From the IMG/VR virus record IMGVR_UViG_3300028586_000786: a stretch of 64,000 bases of DNA. One strand, written 5' to 3'. Shown here one piece after another: positions 39,982 through 50,338 of this stretch. Made by a program: the position numbers and the translations under genes. This DNA comes from an uncultured virus (IMG/VR IMGVR_UViG_3300028586_000786) (Duplodnaviria; Heunggongvirae; Uroviricota; Caudoviricetes). The notes below the pieces were generated by a model. That model saw only the letters and a program-made list of their open reading frames with translations. It had not been told where the DNA came from and made no database searches. Position 1 is the first letter of the stretch. Each line of letters begins with the position of its first letter.

Positions 39982-41460
39982 TTAGTCGTCCGAACCGCGA
40001 CCGTGGATTTGCACTTCCCCTGTGTCGAGGTTGAGCGTCACCAGTTCGCCTTCCTTGAACTTGGTCATGGCTTCGTCGACGACAACCAGGCGGGCGCCCA
40101 GTTCACGCGAGACGATGGCCAGGTGAGCCAGCTTGCCACCAACCTGAGCAATCACGGCGCCAGTATCGTTTTTGCAAGCAGACATCAGCGCCAGCTCGTA
40201 GTCCGGTCCTGCGTGTGATACGACCGCGATGGAGCCGGCCAGCACTGCTTCGCCTGCCTTCGGGAACACGACGGGGCCTGTTACCTTTCCGCTGCCGGCG
40301 AGCTTCAGACACTTTTCGCCCTCGACGGCCTGCCACTGGTACGCCAGTTTCCATGCCGCCTTGTTGAGCGGATGCTCGTGGTCGTATGCGGCACGGAACG
40401 GCAAGCCAGAGCTCACCCACCAGTCCGTATGCATCGGATTGTCGCTGCCCATCTTCAGGCCGCTTGGGCAAACCACTTTCCATTCCGGAAGCACACCAAC
40501 TTTGGAGCGGCCGTACTGCTGTGCCCAGATTTGGAATGGGGCACGTGCAACCCGATAGACTTCTGGAGCATCGTCACGGTAGCGCTCGACAGGAATTTCC
40601 AGGAAGCCGCCGACCTTTTCGGCCTGCAGTTCCACCCGGTACTTCCACACCATCGCGTAGACCGCGTCTTCAAACACCGTTTCGTTCGAGCGCCACGGAT
40701 TCTCTTCAGGCCGGGGATTATTGTCGAACTCCGCGCGCATTTTGATGGTTTTCGCCAGCATCTGTTGGTCAATTGCAGGCATCAGTTCGTCCACATCCGT
40801 GAGCGCGCCCATGAGGGCCGCTTCCAGGTAGAAGTCGAGCGATGCCGGCGCAACGGCCAGGTACGTGTGGGAAATTTCCTTCAGATTTCCCTTACGGTGC
40901 TTGCGATAGTGCTTCATCGCCAGCGCTGGGTCGGTGAACGTCGGCATCCAGAAAGCAGGGCCTTGGACGCGCTTCATCAAGACAGGAGCACCGCCGGTAT
41001 CGAAGCACGCGATGTCGTCAAACGGCATGTCCATGTAGATGCGAGCACGCTCCTGACGAAACATCTCGACAGAGCACCAGTCTTCCTGGTCGCGCAGCCG
41101 GGTGATAACTTGCTTTTCGTCCTCGCGCGAAAAACTGGTGATTTCCGCATACGGCTGGTAGAACTCACCACCTCGCTCAAGGATGCCGGCCTGCTGCCAG
41201 TGAGCGGTATTCCAGTAGCGCTTGAACTTGGCGCATTCCGGGTCTTGCTCGGCCAGGCACATGCCCCCTTCGGTGTCTACGATGGTCAGCTTGCCCGAAA
41301 GGATGCCGACCGCATCGTCGAGTTTCATGGGCGGTACCATGACTTCGGTAAGCAGTCGCACTGCGCCGCGCCAGTCCCGCGAAAGAACTTTATCGCGGGC
41401 CAAGTCGACGATTACCTCTGCTTCAACGCTGAAATGCAATGTCTTTTCAATGGTTTCCAT
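39982..41460 (-). CDS. unknown domain fused to PEP-utilising mobile (phosphohistidine swivel) domain, paralogue 1
   Basis: C-terminal G.VTG.V...GAVI...GGKLAHLAIVSRELG...G..V.L....G.V. Confidence 0.8.
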   Translation of the reverse strand: METIEKTLHFSVEAEVIVDLARDKVLSRDWRGAVRLLTEVMVPPMKLDDAVGILSGKLTIVDTEGGMCLAEQDPECAKFKRYWNTAHWQQAGILERGGEFYQPYAEITSFSREDEKQVITRLRDQEDWCSVEMFRQERARIYMDMPFDDIACFDTGGAPVLMKRVQGPAFWMPTFTDPALAMKHYRKHRKGNLKEISHTYLAVAPASLDFYLEAALMGALTDVDELMPAIDQQMLAKTIKMRAEFDNNPRPEENPWRSNETVFEDAVYAMVWKYRVELQAEKVGGFLEIPVERYRDDAPEVYRVARAPFQIWAQQYGRSKVGVLPEWKVVCPSGLKMGSDNPMHTDWWVSSGLPFRAAYDHEHPLNKAAWKLAYQWQAVEGEKCLKLAGSGKVTGPVVFPKAGEAVLAGSIAVVSHAGPDYELALMSACKNDTGAVIAQVGGKLAHLAIVSRELGARLVVVDEAMTKFKEGELVTLNLDTGEVQIHGRGSDD

Positions 41461-41624
41461 GATTCTCCTGATAATAAGGTTGTTTTCCTTCTTCGTATAG
41501 CGCCAGCGGTGGTGCGGGAGGAGACCGTCCGGAGTCAGAAGCAGGAAAACGCATGGGGCAAGAGCGGTCGCCAAGAAGAAGGCGTCTCTACACTGGCCAA
41601 GACCATTTCAATAGGAACAAGGCC

Positions 41625-41990
41625 ATGAACGTCCTCCTCATCAAAAAAGTATTTTGCATCGTCACCCCTGAAATGCTTGCCAGCCTGCGGAGCCAAAGCA
41701 CTCGGAGCCAATTAAGCGCCCGCGTCTGGCGAGAAATCCGCATCTCGGCCACCCCTGAGAAAATCAAGGTGGCACTCAGTAACGTTGATGAAGAAGCGGC
41801 AACGAGCGGCTACTGCAACGCGCGAGAAGCATGCCGGGACTTTGAACTCCTGTGGCCGGACCTGGGGGATACCGACGGCCTCGAGAAGCGGCTGGAATTC
41901 GAACCGATGATTGTGGCCCGGGGTGTGCTGGAGGTGCTCCAGCATCTCAAAAACGTATCAGTCCAAGCGCAGGAGAGCTTGGCGATTTGA
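41625..41990 (+). CDS. hypothetical protein
   Basis: TCTCTACAC 31 nt upstream. Confidence 0.6.
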   Translation: MNVLLIKKVFCIVTPEMLASLRSQSTRSQLSARVWREIRISATPEKIKVALSNVDEEAATSGYCNAREACRDFELLWPDLGDTDGLEKRLEFEPMIVARGVLEVLQHLKNVSVQAQESLAI

Positions 41991-42400
41991 CTCCCCCGTA
42001 CAGCACAAAGCTGCCCAACTGAGTGCATCAATTCACAACGCCCCTTCGCGGGCGTTTTTCTTTTGCACAAATGAAAGCCCATGCTTAGATAGCACGGGCT
42101 GTGTCTTCTTGCTGCCCTGGGTGGGGCAACTGCCGTTCCGCGAGGGCTTAGCGGCTTTGGCTAACGGATTCAGCCCTCGTTGGCCGGCATGCCACGCAAG
42201 TCAAAACCCCAGCCCACAGCGGTCGACCCGAACCGCGCCCTCAGGACAGTAGCAAAGAGAAGGGATGTTCCGGTCACGGTCAAAAAAACTACTTCGGCAA
42301 AACTCATTGTTATTCTCCAGTTGCATCGTTTAATAAAGTCTCCGCAGCTCAATTGACGGCAGAGGGTAGGTTTCTGCCCGCACGCCGGCGGGGAAGGGGT

Positions 42401-43084
42401 TCAAACACGTTGGCCCCGCGAAGCTATGCGGTAGAGTCGTGCAATAGCGCCATCGCAGGCGGTGAAATTCCGGGCATACTCCGCCGGTGAATCGAATGCT
42501 GCATGCTCTACCATGACGGTCGCTGCCTCATCCATTGCTGCATTCAGCAGTTCGTCGACATCGGAGCCATTGAGGGCTGTTGGCGCAATACGGGCAATCT
42601 TCGGCTCTAGTTTTAAGGTGACGCGCGAGGCCAGCGTCTGTAGCGCACGTCGATAGATTGCAATGTGCTCGAGCTCGTGCTCCAACACATGCTCTCTGGC
42701 ACACGGACTGCGATTAAGTTCCTTGGCCACGTACACGGTCGTGTTGGTAAAGCCCACAGTGATATTCAGCGTCGCGCATCCCTGGGCGTCCCAACTCATC
42801 TTGTTCACGGCCGAAGTAGAGGCCTCAGTGTTTCCAACGCTGCCTTCATCTTTGGCCGAGCGCGACCGGGATTTTTTCCCCAGCTCATCCATCGCAGCGA
42901 AGCTGCGAGAGAAGTTCTTGGTAACCACCAAAGGGAAGGTAGACACTTTGACCTTCAGAGGGCAATTAGCTAGAGGAAGGGCCTCAGCTTGAGCGTTCTG
43001 AACGGGGAGTAGTGATATGGCTGCGATTGCAATGGCGCAAAGGACAGCAGCGTCTAATCCAGTCGCGAGATTTCGAACGGTCAT
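42401..43084 (-). CDS. secreted putative zinc metalloprotease (HExxH; DUF922-like)
   Basis: Signal peptide; VLEHELEH. Confidence 0.6.
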   Translation of the reverse strand: MTVRNLATGLDAAVLCAIAIAAISLLPVQNAQAEALPLANCPLKVKVSTFPLVVTKNFSRSFAAMDELGKKSRSRSAKDEGSVGNTEASTSAVNKMSWDAQGCATLNITVGFTNTTVYVAKELNRSPCAREHVLEHELEHIAIYRRALQTLASRVTLKLEPKIARIAPTALNGSDVDELLNAAMDEAATVMVEHAAFDSPAEYARNFTACDGAIARLYRIASRGQRV

Positions 43085-43265
43085 AGGGGTGCCTCGCGGC
43101 GTCAGGGCAGTGAATTGTGTGTAGCGTTATCTTTTATATTGCACTGCAGCATTCACATTGGACCGATTTTTACTTGCGATTTTGAATACATTCTAGTAGA
43201 CTGTACAAAGCTGACTGTATAGTTCGCCTACCTGATAAGCCGCGCTTCACCAAAAAGAGGGACCC

Positions 43266-44015
43266 ATGAAATCCACTGCCGACTTGACCGCTGAACTGAC
43301 CGTCTGCCGCAGCACTCACGCCGGCGCCACACGGCTGGCCGCTCGGGTATGGACGCACATCGAACGCCTGCAGGCCAGCCGCATCTGGTTGCCACGCGAA
43401 CGGGCGCTCAGCCACCTGGCTCATGCCATCTATTTCAACTCGGGCTACGACGCCTTTGAGCGCTTCGAGTCAGATGAAGAGCTGAAGGAAGACATGACTC
43501 CGGACGTCGACAAGGCCTGGCCAATGCGCGAGATGGTCGCTGGCGTCGAGAACTACGTGCTGCGCCCGTTCTTCGCTAAGCAGGCTGACTACCTTCATGA
43601 CGTTGGTCTGAGCTCAATCGGTGGTTGCTCCCCGGACGAGCTGGCAGCTTTGAAGGTGGCGCCGCGCCCTCGGCCGGCATGTGAAGCCATCACTGGCGTG
43701 TCCGACGACGAACTGGCCGCCTTGGTAGCGATGCATCGTGCTTCGACGCTGAAAATCGTCAACACCCTGCGTCACTTGGACTCCGCACTGAGCTACCCGA
43801 ACTGGGCGCTGGGCCGCCTGGACCGCTTGCGTGCCCAGCTGCCTGTCGTCGTGGAAGAGGGCGTAGAGAAGCTGCTGGCGGACCTGGCTGAAATGGTCGT
43901 CTTGCCCGGCCTGGAAAAGCCTATGAAGGGCTTTAGCTCTGACTGGGAGAAGAAGTACAAGGTGTACGCGCTGGAGTACGACTCGGAACTGGCCGTGTAC
44001 TTGCGAGACTGCTGA
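43266..44015 (+). CDS. hypothetical protein
   Basis: GAGG SD; terminator follows. Confidence 0.7.
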   Translation: MKSTADLTAELTVCRSTHAGATRLAARVWTHIERLQASRIWLPRERALSHLAHAIYFNSGYDAFERFESDEELKEDMTPDVDKAWPMREMVAGVENYVLRPFFAKQADYLHDVGLSSIGGCSPDELAALKVAPRPRPACEAITGVSDDELAALVAMHRASTLKIVNTLRHLDSALSYPNWALGRLDRLRAQLPVVVEEGVEKLLADLAEMVVLPGLEKPMKGFSSDWEKKYKVYALEYDSELAVYLRDC

Positions 44016-44122
44016 AGTTCGCAGCATCCCCTTTAGAGCCCGCGCAATGCGGGCTTTTTCTTTGGCATAAAAAAGCCGCACCCTGAACGGATGCGGCTTT
44101 TTGAATTGAAACGGGGGATTGT

Positions 44123-45280
44123 TTATGCGGCTGCCAACACGATAAACGAGCCGAACTTTTCCATCAGGAGGGCGGCGCCGTAAAGAGTGCCACCCAGCAC
44201 TGCGGAGCCTATCACTACGCCTCCGGAGTAGCCGAGGCGGGCAATCCATTCCAGAACGAAAAGGATGAAGAAGCAGGTCACGATGCTGCCAATGACCTTC
44301 AGGTCCCAGAAGAAGTAGCCCGTCATGGCGCCGGCAAAAACCAGGATAAACAACGCGGCCATGAAGGGGCGGGAGCCCTTCAGGAACGCCCACGGCGATG
44401 AGCCGACCAGCAATCCGACGCACAAAGCGACGGTGCAGTAGTACTCGATACCCGAGTCAAACACGTGTGCTGCGACAGGATACGTGCCCGACACCTTCAG
44501 GAACGTGTATGTGCCCAGTGCTGCCAGGTGCCCAAAGACCACTGCCGATAAGCCCTTGTCTGCAAAATGCAGGAACAGCGTGCCGGTCGAGTAATACAGT
44601 CCGAAGGTCAACACGCCTGAGAAGCTCACAGCCGTGAAAAAGCCGAGGATTTGCGAGTCATGGTGAACTGCGAGCAGACCAAAATAGACCATTGCCACGA
44701 AACTGGCCATGGACGATGCGGGGATGCCAATATTGAAGAAATCCCGCAGCGCCTTTCCTAACTTGGGGTGGGATGCCAAGACCCAGCCGGCCAGGATGAT
44801 GTTCGCAAATGCTGCGAGCAGGGCGACGTAGCTTGACTGCGATACCCAGAATGCCTGCGGTACGATTGTTGCATAGCCAGAAACGACAAGCAGGGGAACC
44901 TGGTACACCAGGACCGGCACCCTGACCAGCAAGTGCCAGACTCCTCGTACGATGTTTCGAACAGTTCCACCAAACGCTACCAGGAGCAGCAGGATACCCA
45001 CAACCTTGGCGAAGTTCAGCCAGTTAATGTAGCGGTCCCAAATGGAGTCTGCGGGCTCGGCCGAGGCCGAGTTGGCGACACCTCGCGCTTGTAGCTGCTT
45101 GACGTCGACGTACTTCACTGCAGCTTCGCTTGCGAGCTTTTTGCTCAGGAAGCCATCGGCCTCCAGTTTATGCAGTAGGTCCAGTTGGACCTGTGCTTCC
45201 GTGCGAGGGGCTTCTGCAAGCGCCGCGCCTGAGAACAGAGCCAGGTACAACGAAAATATCAATCCCAACAATCGGTGCAT
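44123..45280 (-). CDS. polytopic membrane protein (about 10-12 TM)
   Basis: Signal-like N-terminus and many hydrophobic helices. Confidence 0.75.
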   Translation of the reverse strand: MHRLLGLIFSLYLALFSGAALAEAPRTEAQVQLDLLHKLEADGFLSKKLASEAAVKYVDVKQLQARGVANSASAEPADSIWDRYINWLNFAKVVGILLLLVAFGGTVRNIVRGVWHLLVRVPVLVYQVPLLVVSGYATIVPQAFWVSQSSYVALLAAFANIILAGWVLASHPKLGKALRDFFNIGIPASSMASFVAMVYFGLLAVHHDSQILGFFTAVSFSGVLTFGLYYSTGTLFLHFADKGLSAVVFGHLAALGTYTFLKVSGTYPVAAHVFDSGIEYYCTVALCVGLLVGSSPWAFLKGSRPFMAALFILVFAGAMTGYFFWDLKVIGSIVTCFFILFVLEWIARLGYSGGVVIGSAVLGGTLYGAALLMEKFGSFIVLAAA

Positions 45281-45430
45281 TCAATTTCCTCTATTTTGGT
45301 TAGTAACTCGTTTTCACGTAGTCAGGTGAACAGGTTGTGTCCTCTGAGGTATAGCAAGCGCATGTCCAAGAGCCTAGCTAGAGCGAGCTCGCATCAGTTC
45401 ATGCCGGGAGCAGCGTTGCCGGCGCTATAC

Positions 45431-45607
45431 TTAGCCAAGGCTGCAGCAGCCTCCCGCCTGCGTCGCGTCCGCGATACGGCAAACAGCTGAACTTTTAGGA
45501 CCATTTCATTCCATCCCTCCCTTTTTGGGACAAGGGCAATGGAGCAAGGCAGGCAGTTCCCCTGGCAGCAATGCCAAAAGCCCTTGTCAATCCAAGGACA
45601 GGACACC
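45431..45607 (+). ncRNA. candidate structured leader RNA B
   Basis: GTCGC-GTCC-GCGAT-ACGG; TCCATC; stem GACAAGGGC (45529-37)/GCCCTTGTC (45580-88) enclosing 42 nt. Confidence 0.55.
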
Positions 45608-46291
45608 ATGAAAAACAGCAGTATTGAACTCAAATCGCAAGACGAACAGACCGCCAAAGCAGTAGCCGGCACCATCGGCCGCTTCCTGACGGACAAGGGC
45701 ATCACGCTGCCCCGCACCCAAGTTCTCGACCTGGTGGGAGTTCTCACTGGGCACGCGGACTGGCGCAGTCTGAATGCACATCTCGAGGCCGAGGCAGTCA
45801 AGCGCCGCGGAACGCCTCAGCAGATTTCGCGCGAGGACTTCATCAAGCGATTCAAGCCGATGAAGAACCCGTTCGACAAGCATGCAGAGTTCGACGGCTT
45901 TGGCTTCGGCCTCCGCAGCCAAGAAGGTGAGTATGTTGAACGTGTCCGTGCTTCGGACCCGTCCCGCATCTGGACGGTTGTTGACGGTGATACGTCGCAG
46001 TGGCTCACTTCAGGCTACCACTACGTCAATCGCCAGTTCTACGTCATTGCCCACGTTCCGCTGAAAGACGGCGAGGATTTCGAGGTGCCCTATGGCCACG
46101 ACCTGGGCGACAAGCTCTACAAGGTCTCGGTCTACGATGACCCAGGCGCCGAAGTCTACTCTGATGAGGTCTACGCTACTGACGCGCGCGATGCACGTGA
46201 GCAGCTCCAAGGCGACATCGAGGCCGAAACCGAAGAGATGCGCGAGGCAGGTGAAGTCTTCTACGTGTATGTCGAAGAGGTCAAGTCATAA
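45608..46291 (+). CDS. paralogue B: shared N-terminal helical domain plus distinct C-terminus
   Basis: AKAVAGTIGRFLTDKGITLPRTQVLDLVGVLTGHADWRSL. Confidence 0.75.
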   Translation: MKNSSIELKSQDEQTAKAVAGTIGRFLTDKGITLPRTQVLDLVGVLTGHADWRSLNAHLEAEAVKRRGTPQQISREDFIKRFKPMKNPFDKHAEFDGFGFGLRSQEGEYVERVRASDPSRIWTVVDGDTSQWLTSGYHYVNRQFYVIAHVPLKDGEDFEVPYGHDLGDKLYKVSVYDDPGAEVYSDEVYATDARDAREQLQGDIEAETEEMREAGEVFYVYVEEVKS

Positions 46292-46432
46292 TTTGACGTT
46301 CTGATTTCCAAGCGCCCCGTCTCCGGGGCGCTTTTCTTTGGACTGCAGCGCCGCAACAGCAGCCTATTATTGCTTTACAGAAAGCCGATTCTAAAATATA
46401 CTGGCTGTAATGATTATCAACCGGAATTGACT

Positions 46433-47110
46433 ATGAGCTCCCTGGAGAAAGAAAAGCAACCCCCAAGCTGGGCTGACCGGCACTTCGGTAAAGCATTGTT
46501 GGGCGTTTTAACACTCTTTATTGCGGGTTGTTTTCACTTGCTTTGGACGTCTGATGTCGAGGATGCACTCTTGAAGGGCCTCGAGGACAAAAGCAGCCTT
46601 GCGTTCCAGGTTAACGCGGTTCAGTGTGAGGACCCTAAGGATGGGCAGGTCTCATGCATTGCTAAGTATCTAGCCAATACCCCTCTTGAGCGCGGCTTAC
46701 CCGTCTATGTCGATGCTGTCCAGTGCGACTCACCTGAGAATGGCCTGGTCGCGTGCGAAGTTACTTACGTCAAAGATACGACTTTGTCTCCCGTTCAGGT
46801 CAAAGTCGAGGTGGCTAAGGCGCCGTTTCCTGGTGATTTCAATATCTACCATCAGGGAGAGCGCCGAACACTGCGTACGTCTTTTGAAGGTCACGAGATG
46901 GGCATTCAAAGCGGGGTGGCGGCTCTACAGGCTTCGATAACTGCGGTCACGACTGCGGCCAATTCGTCACTAGGCCCCAAATTGCAGGAGGGGTTGAACG
47001 CGCTGTCCTATTCCTTGGGTGAGGAAGTGTCCGCGCCACCGCAGCGTATCGACGTGCCGCCTGAAGCCGCAAGGGCCGCTTTAGCTGTTATGCAGAGAGC
47101 TGTCGAGTGA
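46433..47110 (+). CDS. membrane-anchored protein, tandem paralogue 1
   Basis: TM; internally duplicated V.AVQC..P..G.V.C unit; PFP..F...H. Confidence 0.65.
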   Translation: MSSLEKEKQPPSWADRHFGKALLGVLTLFIAGCFHLLWTSDVEDALLKGLEDKSSLAFQVNAVQCEDPKDGQVSCIAKYLANTPLERGLPVYVDAVQCDSPENGLVACEVTYVKDTTLSPVQVKVEVAKAPFPGDFNIYHQGERRTLRTSFEGHEMGIQSGVAALQASITAVTTAANSSLGPKLQEGLNALSYSLGEEVSAPPQRIDVPPEAARAALAVMQRAVE

Positions 47111-47598
47111 GGGTTCGCCGACGAATAGCCAGAGGGTTTCTGTTCGGAGTAGCCGTTACCCTGACGGCATGTTCTTTTGGCCCCGATGTTGAGAACGCGC
47201 TGGAGGATACCCTCGAGCAGCATTACGCCGTGGGCATCCCGCTTGTAGCGCGGACGGTCACGTGCAGGCATCCGCTCCCTGACCAGAGCCGGCACTGCAA
47301 AGTGGCGTTCGCTGACGAGATAGGGATACCTGCCGTCGACGTCGTACTCCCCGCAGGCACCAAGCTGTTTCCGGCCGCCTTCGTTTTTGAGCACAGGCGA
47401 CGGCCAGTACTGAAGGAACAGTTCAGCTACTCCGTGGACCTCGAAACAAATTTTGATGGTTTGAGTTTGTCTCATGACGAGGCGGTTCGAGCCCTGGCGG
47501 CAACCCTCGAGCAGGCCTACGCCGCAGGGATGGCGAAAGCAGGCGATGCGTACCAAAAACGCCTGGTCGAGTTGGCGAATCTTCAGTCGTACGACTAA
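47107..47598 (+). CDS. lipoprotein, tandem paralogue 2
   Basis: LTAC lipobox; C-x10-C, FP..F..H, T.FDG. Confidence 0.65.
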   Translation: MRVRRRIARGFLFGVAVTLTACSFGPDVENALEDTLEQHYAVGIPLVARTVTCRHPLPDQSRHCKVAFADEIGIPAVDVVLPAGTKLFPAAFVFEHRRRPVLKEQFSYSVDLETNFDGLSLSHDEAVRALAATLEQAYAAGMAKAGDAYQKRLVELANLQSYD

Positions 47599-47617
47599 TC
47601 TTCAACAGGAGCTACCT

Positions 47618-48127
47618 ATGAAAACCAAAGAACTCTTGACCCTGGCTACCTCATTCGTAATAGCACTGTTGGTAATGGTATTTAGCTGTTTCGTTCCCCC
47701 TTCGGCCACCCAAGTCGAGCGCACCATCGGCCATTGGCTTTCGGACTTCGGGCGCGCGCAAGTCCCGCTTTTGGTTCACCTGGTCGCCTGCGACAAGCCG
47801 GCCGCAGGGCAAAAACAGCATTGCCATGTTCTGTTTGCGGCCGATTCGAAGCTGCCGTCCGTGGATGTCGACATTGCCGTCCCGACCCCGCCATTCCCTG
47901 AGGCTTTTTACTTCAAGCACGAGTTCGCCCGTGCCTATGGAGCGGACAATCCCCACTACACCGTGACTGTGAAGACGCGCTTTGACGGCCGGGCTATGTC
48001 TGCGGAGGCGGCGGGAAAGGCAGTCGCAGCGACTCTGGTTGCGGCACATCGAGCGGCTGTGGCCCACTTGGGAGACGCGTACGCTAAAGGCGAATCCGAG
48101 AGGGCAAATGTTCTGTCGTATCGTTGA
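47618..48127 (+). CDS. membrane-anchored protein, tandem paralogue 3
   Basis: TM; C-x10-C, PFP..F..H, TRFDG, GDAY...E.AN..SY shared with paralogue 2. Confidence 0.7.
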   Translation: MKTKELLTLATSFVIALLVMVFSCFVPPSATQVERTIGHWLSDFGRAQVPLLVHLVACDKPAAGQKQHCHVLFAADSKLPSVDVDIAVPTPPFPEAFYFKHEFARAYGADNPHYTVTVKTRFDGRAMSAEAAGKAVAATLVAAHRAAVAHLGDAYAKGESERANVLSYR

Positions 48128-48186
48128 ATAGCCGGGGCACCATGGCTATACGCAGTTCTAGGCCAACTGACAACTCCAAGGACCCC

Positions 48187-48873
48187 ATGACCGACATCTC
48201 CAAGCTTACCGCCCGCATTACCGCATTCCTCGCCCAAGGCAAAACTCCTTCGGACGGTGGCTTCGCGGCCGTGACCACCGACGAGCTCGAAGAGCTCAAT
48301 GGCATCATCGGCGACTTGATTGCAGCCAAATACGCTGTTGACCCCGACGGCGACCTGCCGGTCGAGTTCCAACTGACCGACCGCACCCGGTACGAGCGTC
48401 CGTTCAACGTCGTCATCCCGTACTCGCACAAGCCGTATGCGAACTACAGCGAGCAGGAACTGAACCTGTTCATTGCCGACCGGTACCAGACCCTGGCCAA
48501 TTACGGCGCCGAGCGGGCCTCCCGTCATTTGCGCATCGCAATGACCGAGCTGCGTGATGCCGCGCAAGCGAATCGTCCGTTGTCGTTTGCCGGCGTCCCG
48601 TATATCGTTGCACTTCCCAAGGGATTGACTCTCGAGCGCATCAAGGAAACGCTCGACAAGGTCGTACTCGATGCAATGCAGGCCTCGCCGTGCCCAGCTG
48701 AGTTCCGTATTCGTCACGAGTGGGCCGACGCCTGCGCCGCGACGGGGAAGCAGCTCCTGGGCATCAACGTTGCTGCCCGCACCTGCAGCGTCTCGCCTGA
48801 GGGAGTGAAGCTCTACTTCGACATCCCAGCGCTTGACACTTCGGTGAAGGTCGTGGTGCCGGTGACACCGTAA
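48187..48873 (+). CDS. hypothetical protein
   Basis: TGGCTATAC upstream; AAGGA SD. Confidence 0.7.
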   Translation: MTDISKLTARITAFLAQGKTPSDGGFAAVTTDELEELNGIIGDLIAAKYAVDPDGDLPVEFQLTDRTRYERPFNVVIPYSHKPYANYSEQELNLFIADRYQTLANYGAERASRHLRIAMTELRDAAQANRPLSFAGVPYIVALPKGLTLERIKETLDKVVLDAMQASPCPAEFRIRHEWADACAATGKQLLGINVAARTCSVSPEGVKLYFDIPALDTSVKVVVPVTP

Positions 48874-49002
48874 CAATTTCTCTTCTTGGTTCAGCAAGCG
48901 CCTCGATTCTTCGGAACCGGGGCGTTTTCCTTTACGGGCGCTTGAGGGCGGTATCGCTATACAGGAGCTTAGGACATCTGAACCACAACGAAGGACGACT
49001 AC

Positions 49003-49704
49003 ATGAGCAAATACGAATGGGAGCGCGGAACCCTCAAAATTCCGACGAAAGCATGGAAACCCCTGCGCGACGGCCTGGCACACGCGTTCAACACGCAGCA
49101 AGTCAAGCTGTTCGAGTTGGCGCTCCGCTTCCACGAAGCACTGACGAACCAGAAAAAGCTGGCAAAACGCGGCACTTTCAAGCTGGACGAAGCCTGGTCG
49201 GCGATGATGCATCGCAGCCCGTCCCCTTGGCCTTCTGCGCTGGACGGCCATCAGGAGCGGGAACTGGTTGACCGTGCCCTCTTCGGCGTACGCACAGGCG
49301 CACGCACCAAGCTGCTGCTTCCAAAGAAGAAGGACTTCCCGCTGGCCATATCGACCAAAACGCTCCACTACCAGGCCGATGACGGCGATATCTCGCTCGA
49401 CCCTGCCAAGCATGAAGTGCGCTGGAACGTCAGCGAGAACAATCATGCGGTGGAATCCGCCCGTGACTCGTATATGGGAAGGGCGTTCTTCAAGTTGCTC
49501 GGCCAAATCGAGTGGACGCGCGGCTCGGGCGGCACGTTTGTCGGAAACGACGAAAATAATCGCGACAGTGACTGTGAAGACGGTGGTGGCAACTATGTCA
49601 CCGAACGCTTCGCGATGAAGACCGCGGCCGAGAAAGCTGAAGAAGCTCGCAGCCGCCATCGACCCTTCGGTGGCTACTCGGGCATGGGTTACCGCTACCG
49701 ATAA
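49003..49704 (+). CDS. hypothetical protein
   Basis: TCGCTATAC at 48954-48962; terminator follows. Confidence 0.75.
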   Translation: MSKYEWERGTLKIPTKAWKPLRDGLAHAFNTQQVKLFELALRFHEALTNQKKLAKRGTFKLDEAWSAMMHRSPSPWPSALDGHQERELVDRALFGVRTGARTKLLLPKKKDFPLAISTKTLHYQADDGDISLDPAKHEVRWNVSENNHAVESARDSYMGRAFFKLLGQIEWTRGSGGTFVGNDENNRDSDCEDGGGNYVTERFAMKTAAEKAEEARSRHRPFGGYSGMGYRYR

Positions 49705-49869
49705 TTCGGAACACCTGCATCAATTCCAGCCACCGCTTATGCGGTGGCTTTTTCCGTTTGTTGCTTGCTTTTACTAAAAGAGTTATCCGTCTTTACGAGG
49801 TGTTGTCATTCATGTAAAATGTGTCAACAGCTCATAGACGAGCTTTCCCTTGTTGAGTAAAAGGCCATC

Positions 49870-50256
49870 ATGACATTCCACGTTTTCAGCGAACGCTATC
49901 CTCCGGTCAATCGCAAGCCTACGGGCCTTCAGATGCTGGAAATACAGATGGTTGACCGCGTTGGTGCAGTGAACCTGGACCCCAATCGCGCGGCCGAGCT
50001 GGGCTACCTCAAAGCAATTCCGGTGCGTCATCCAGCGTTTCGCAGCGTCCTATCGGGGCGCCCGGGCTACCTCTACCGTACCTATGACGGCATCGAGGTA
50101 GCGTTGGCGGAAGACGAGATGGTTCGCCTGTTGCGCCATGCCCTGCGTCCGGCGGAGGTGCTATCGCTGCACCGGCAGTTCGGCGCCTTCTTCGAGACGC
50201 ATGCGGACTTCTACGACGAGAACACCGGCGTAGCCGTCCAACCGATGAACGACTGA
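49870..50256 (+). CDS. hypothetical protein
   Basis: AAGG SD. Confidence 0.6.
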   Translation: MTFHVFSERYPPVNRKPTGLQMLEIQMVDRVGAVNLDPNRAAELGYLKAIPVRHPAFRSVLSGRPGYLYRTYDGIEVALAEDEMVRLLRHALRPAEVLSLHRQFGAFFETHADFYDENTGVAVQPMND

Positions 50257-50338
50257 TAGGGCTCGCCGGCTCGTCAAAAGAAAAAGCCACTACGCGCAAG
50301 GCGAAGTGGCTTTTAAGGAATCAACTTGGACGGGTGTA

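Noticed and set aside
47956..49659. 567-aa minus-strand ORF, and similar long antisense ORFs at 6913-7950, 40372-41628 and 61047-62567
   Set aside because: Shadow frames opposite well-supported genes in GC-rich DNA.
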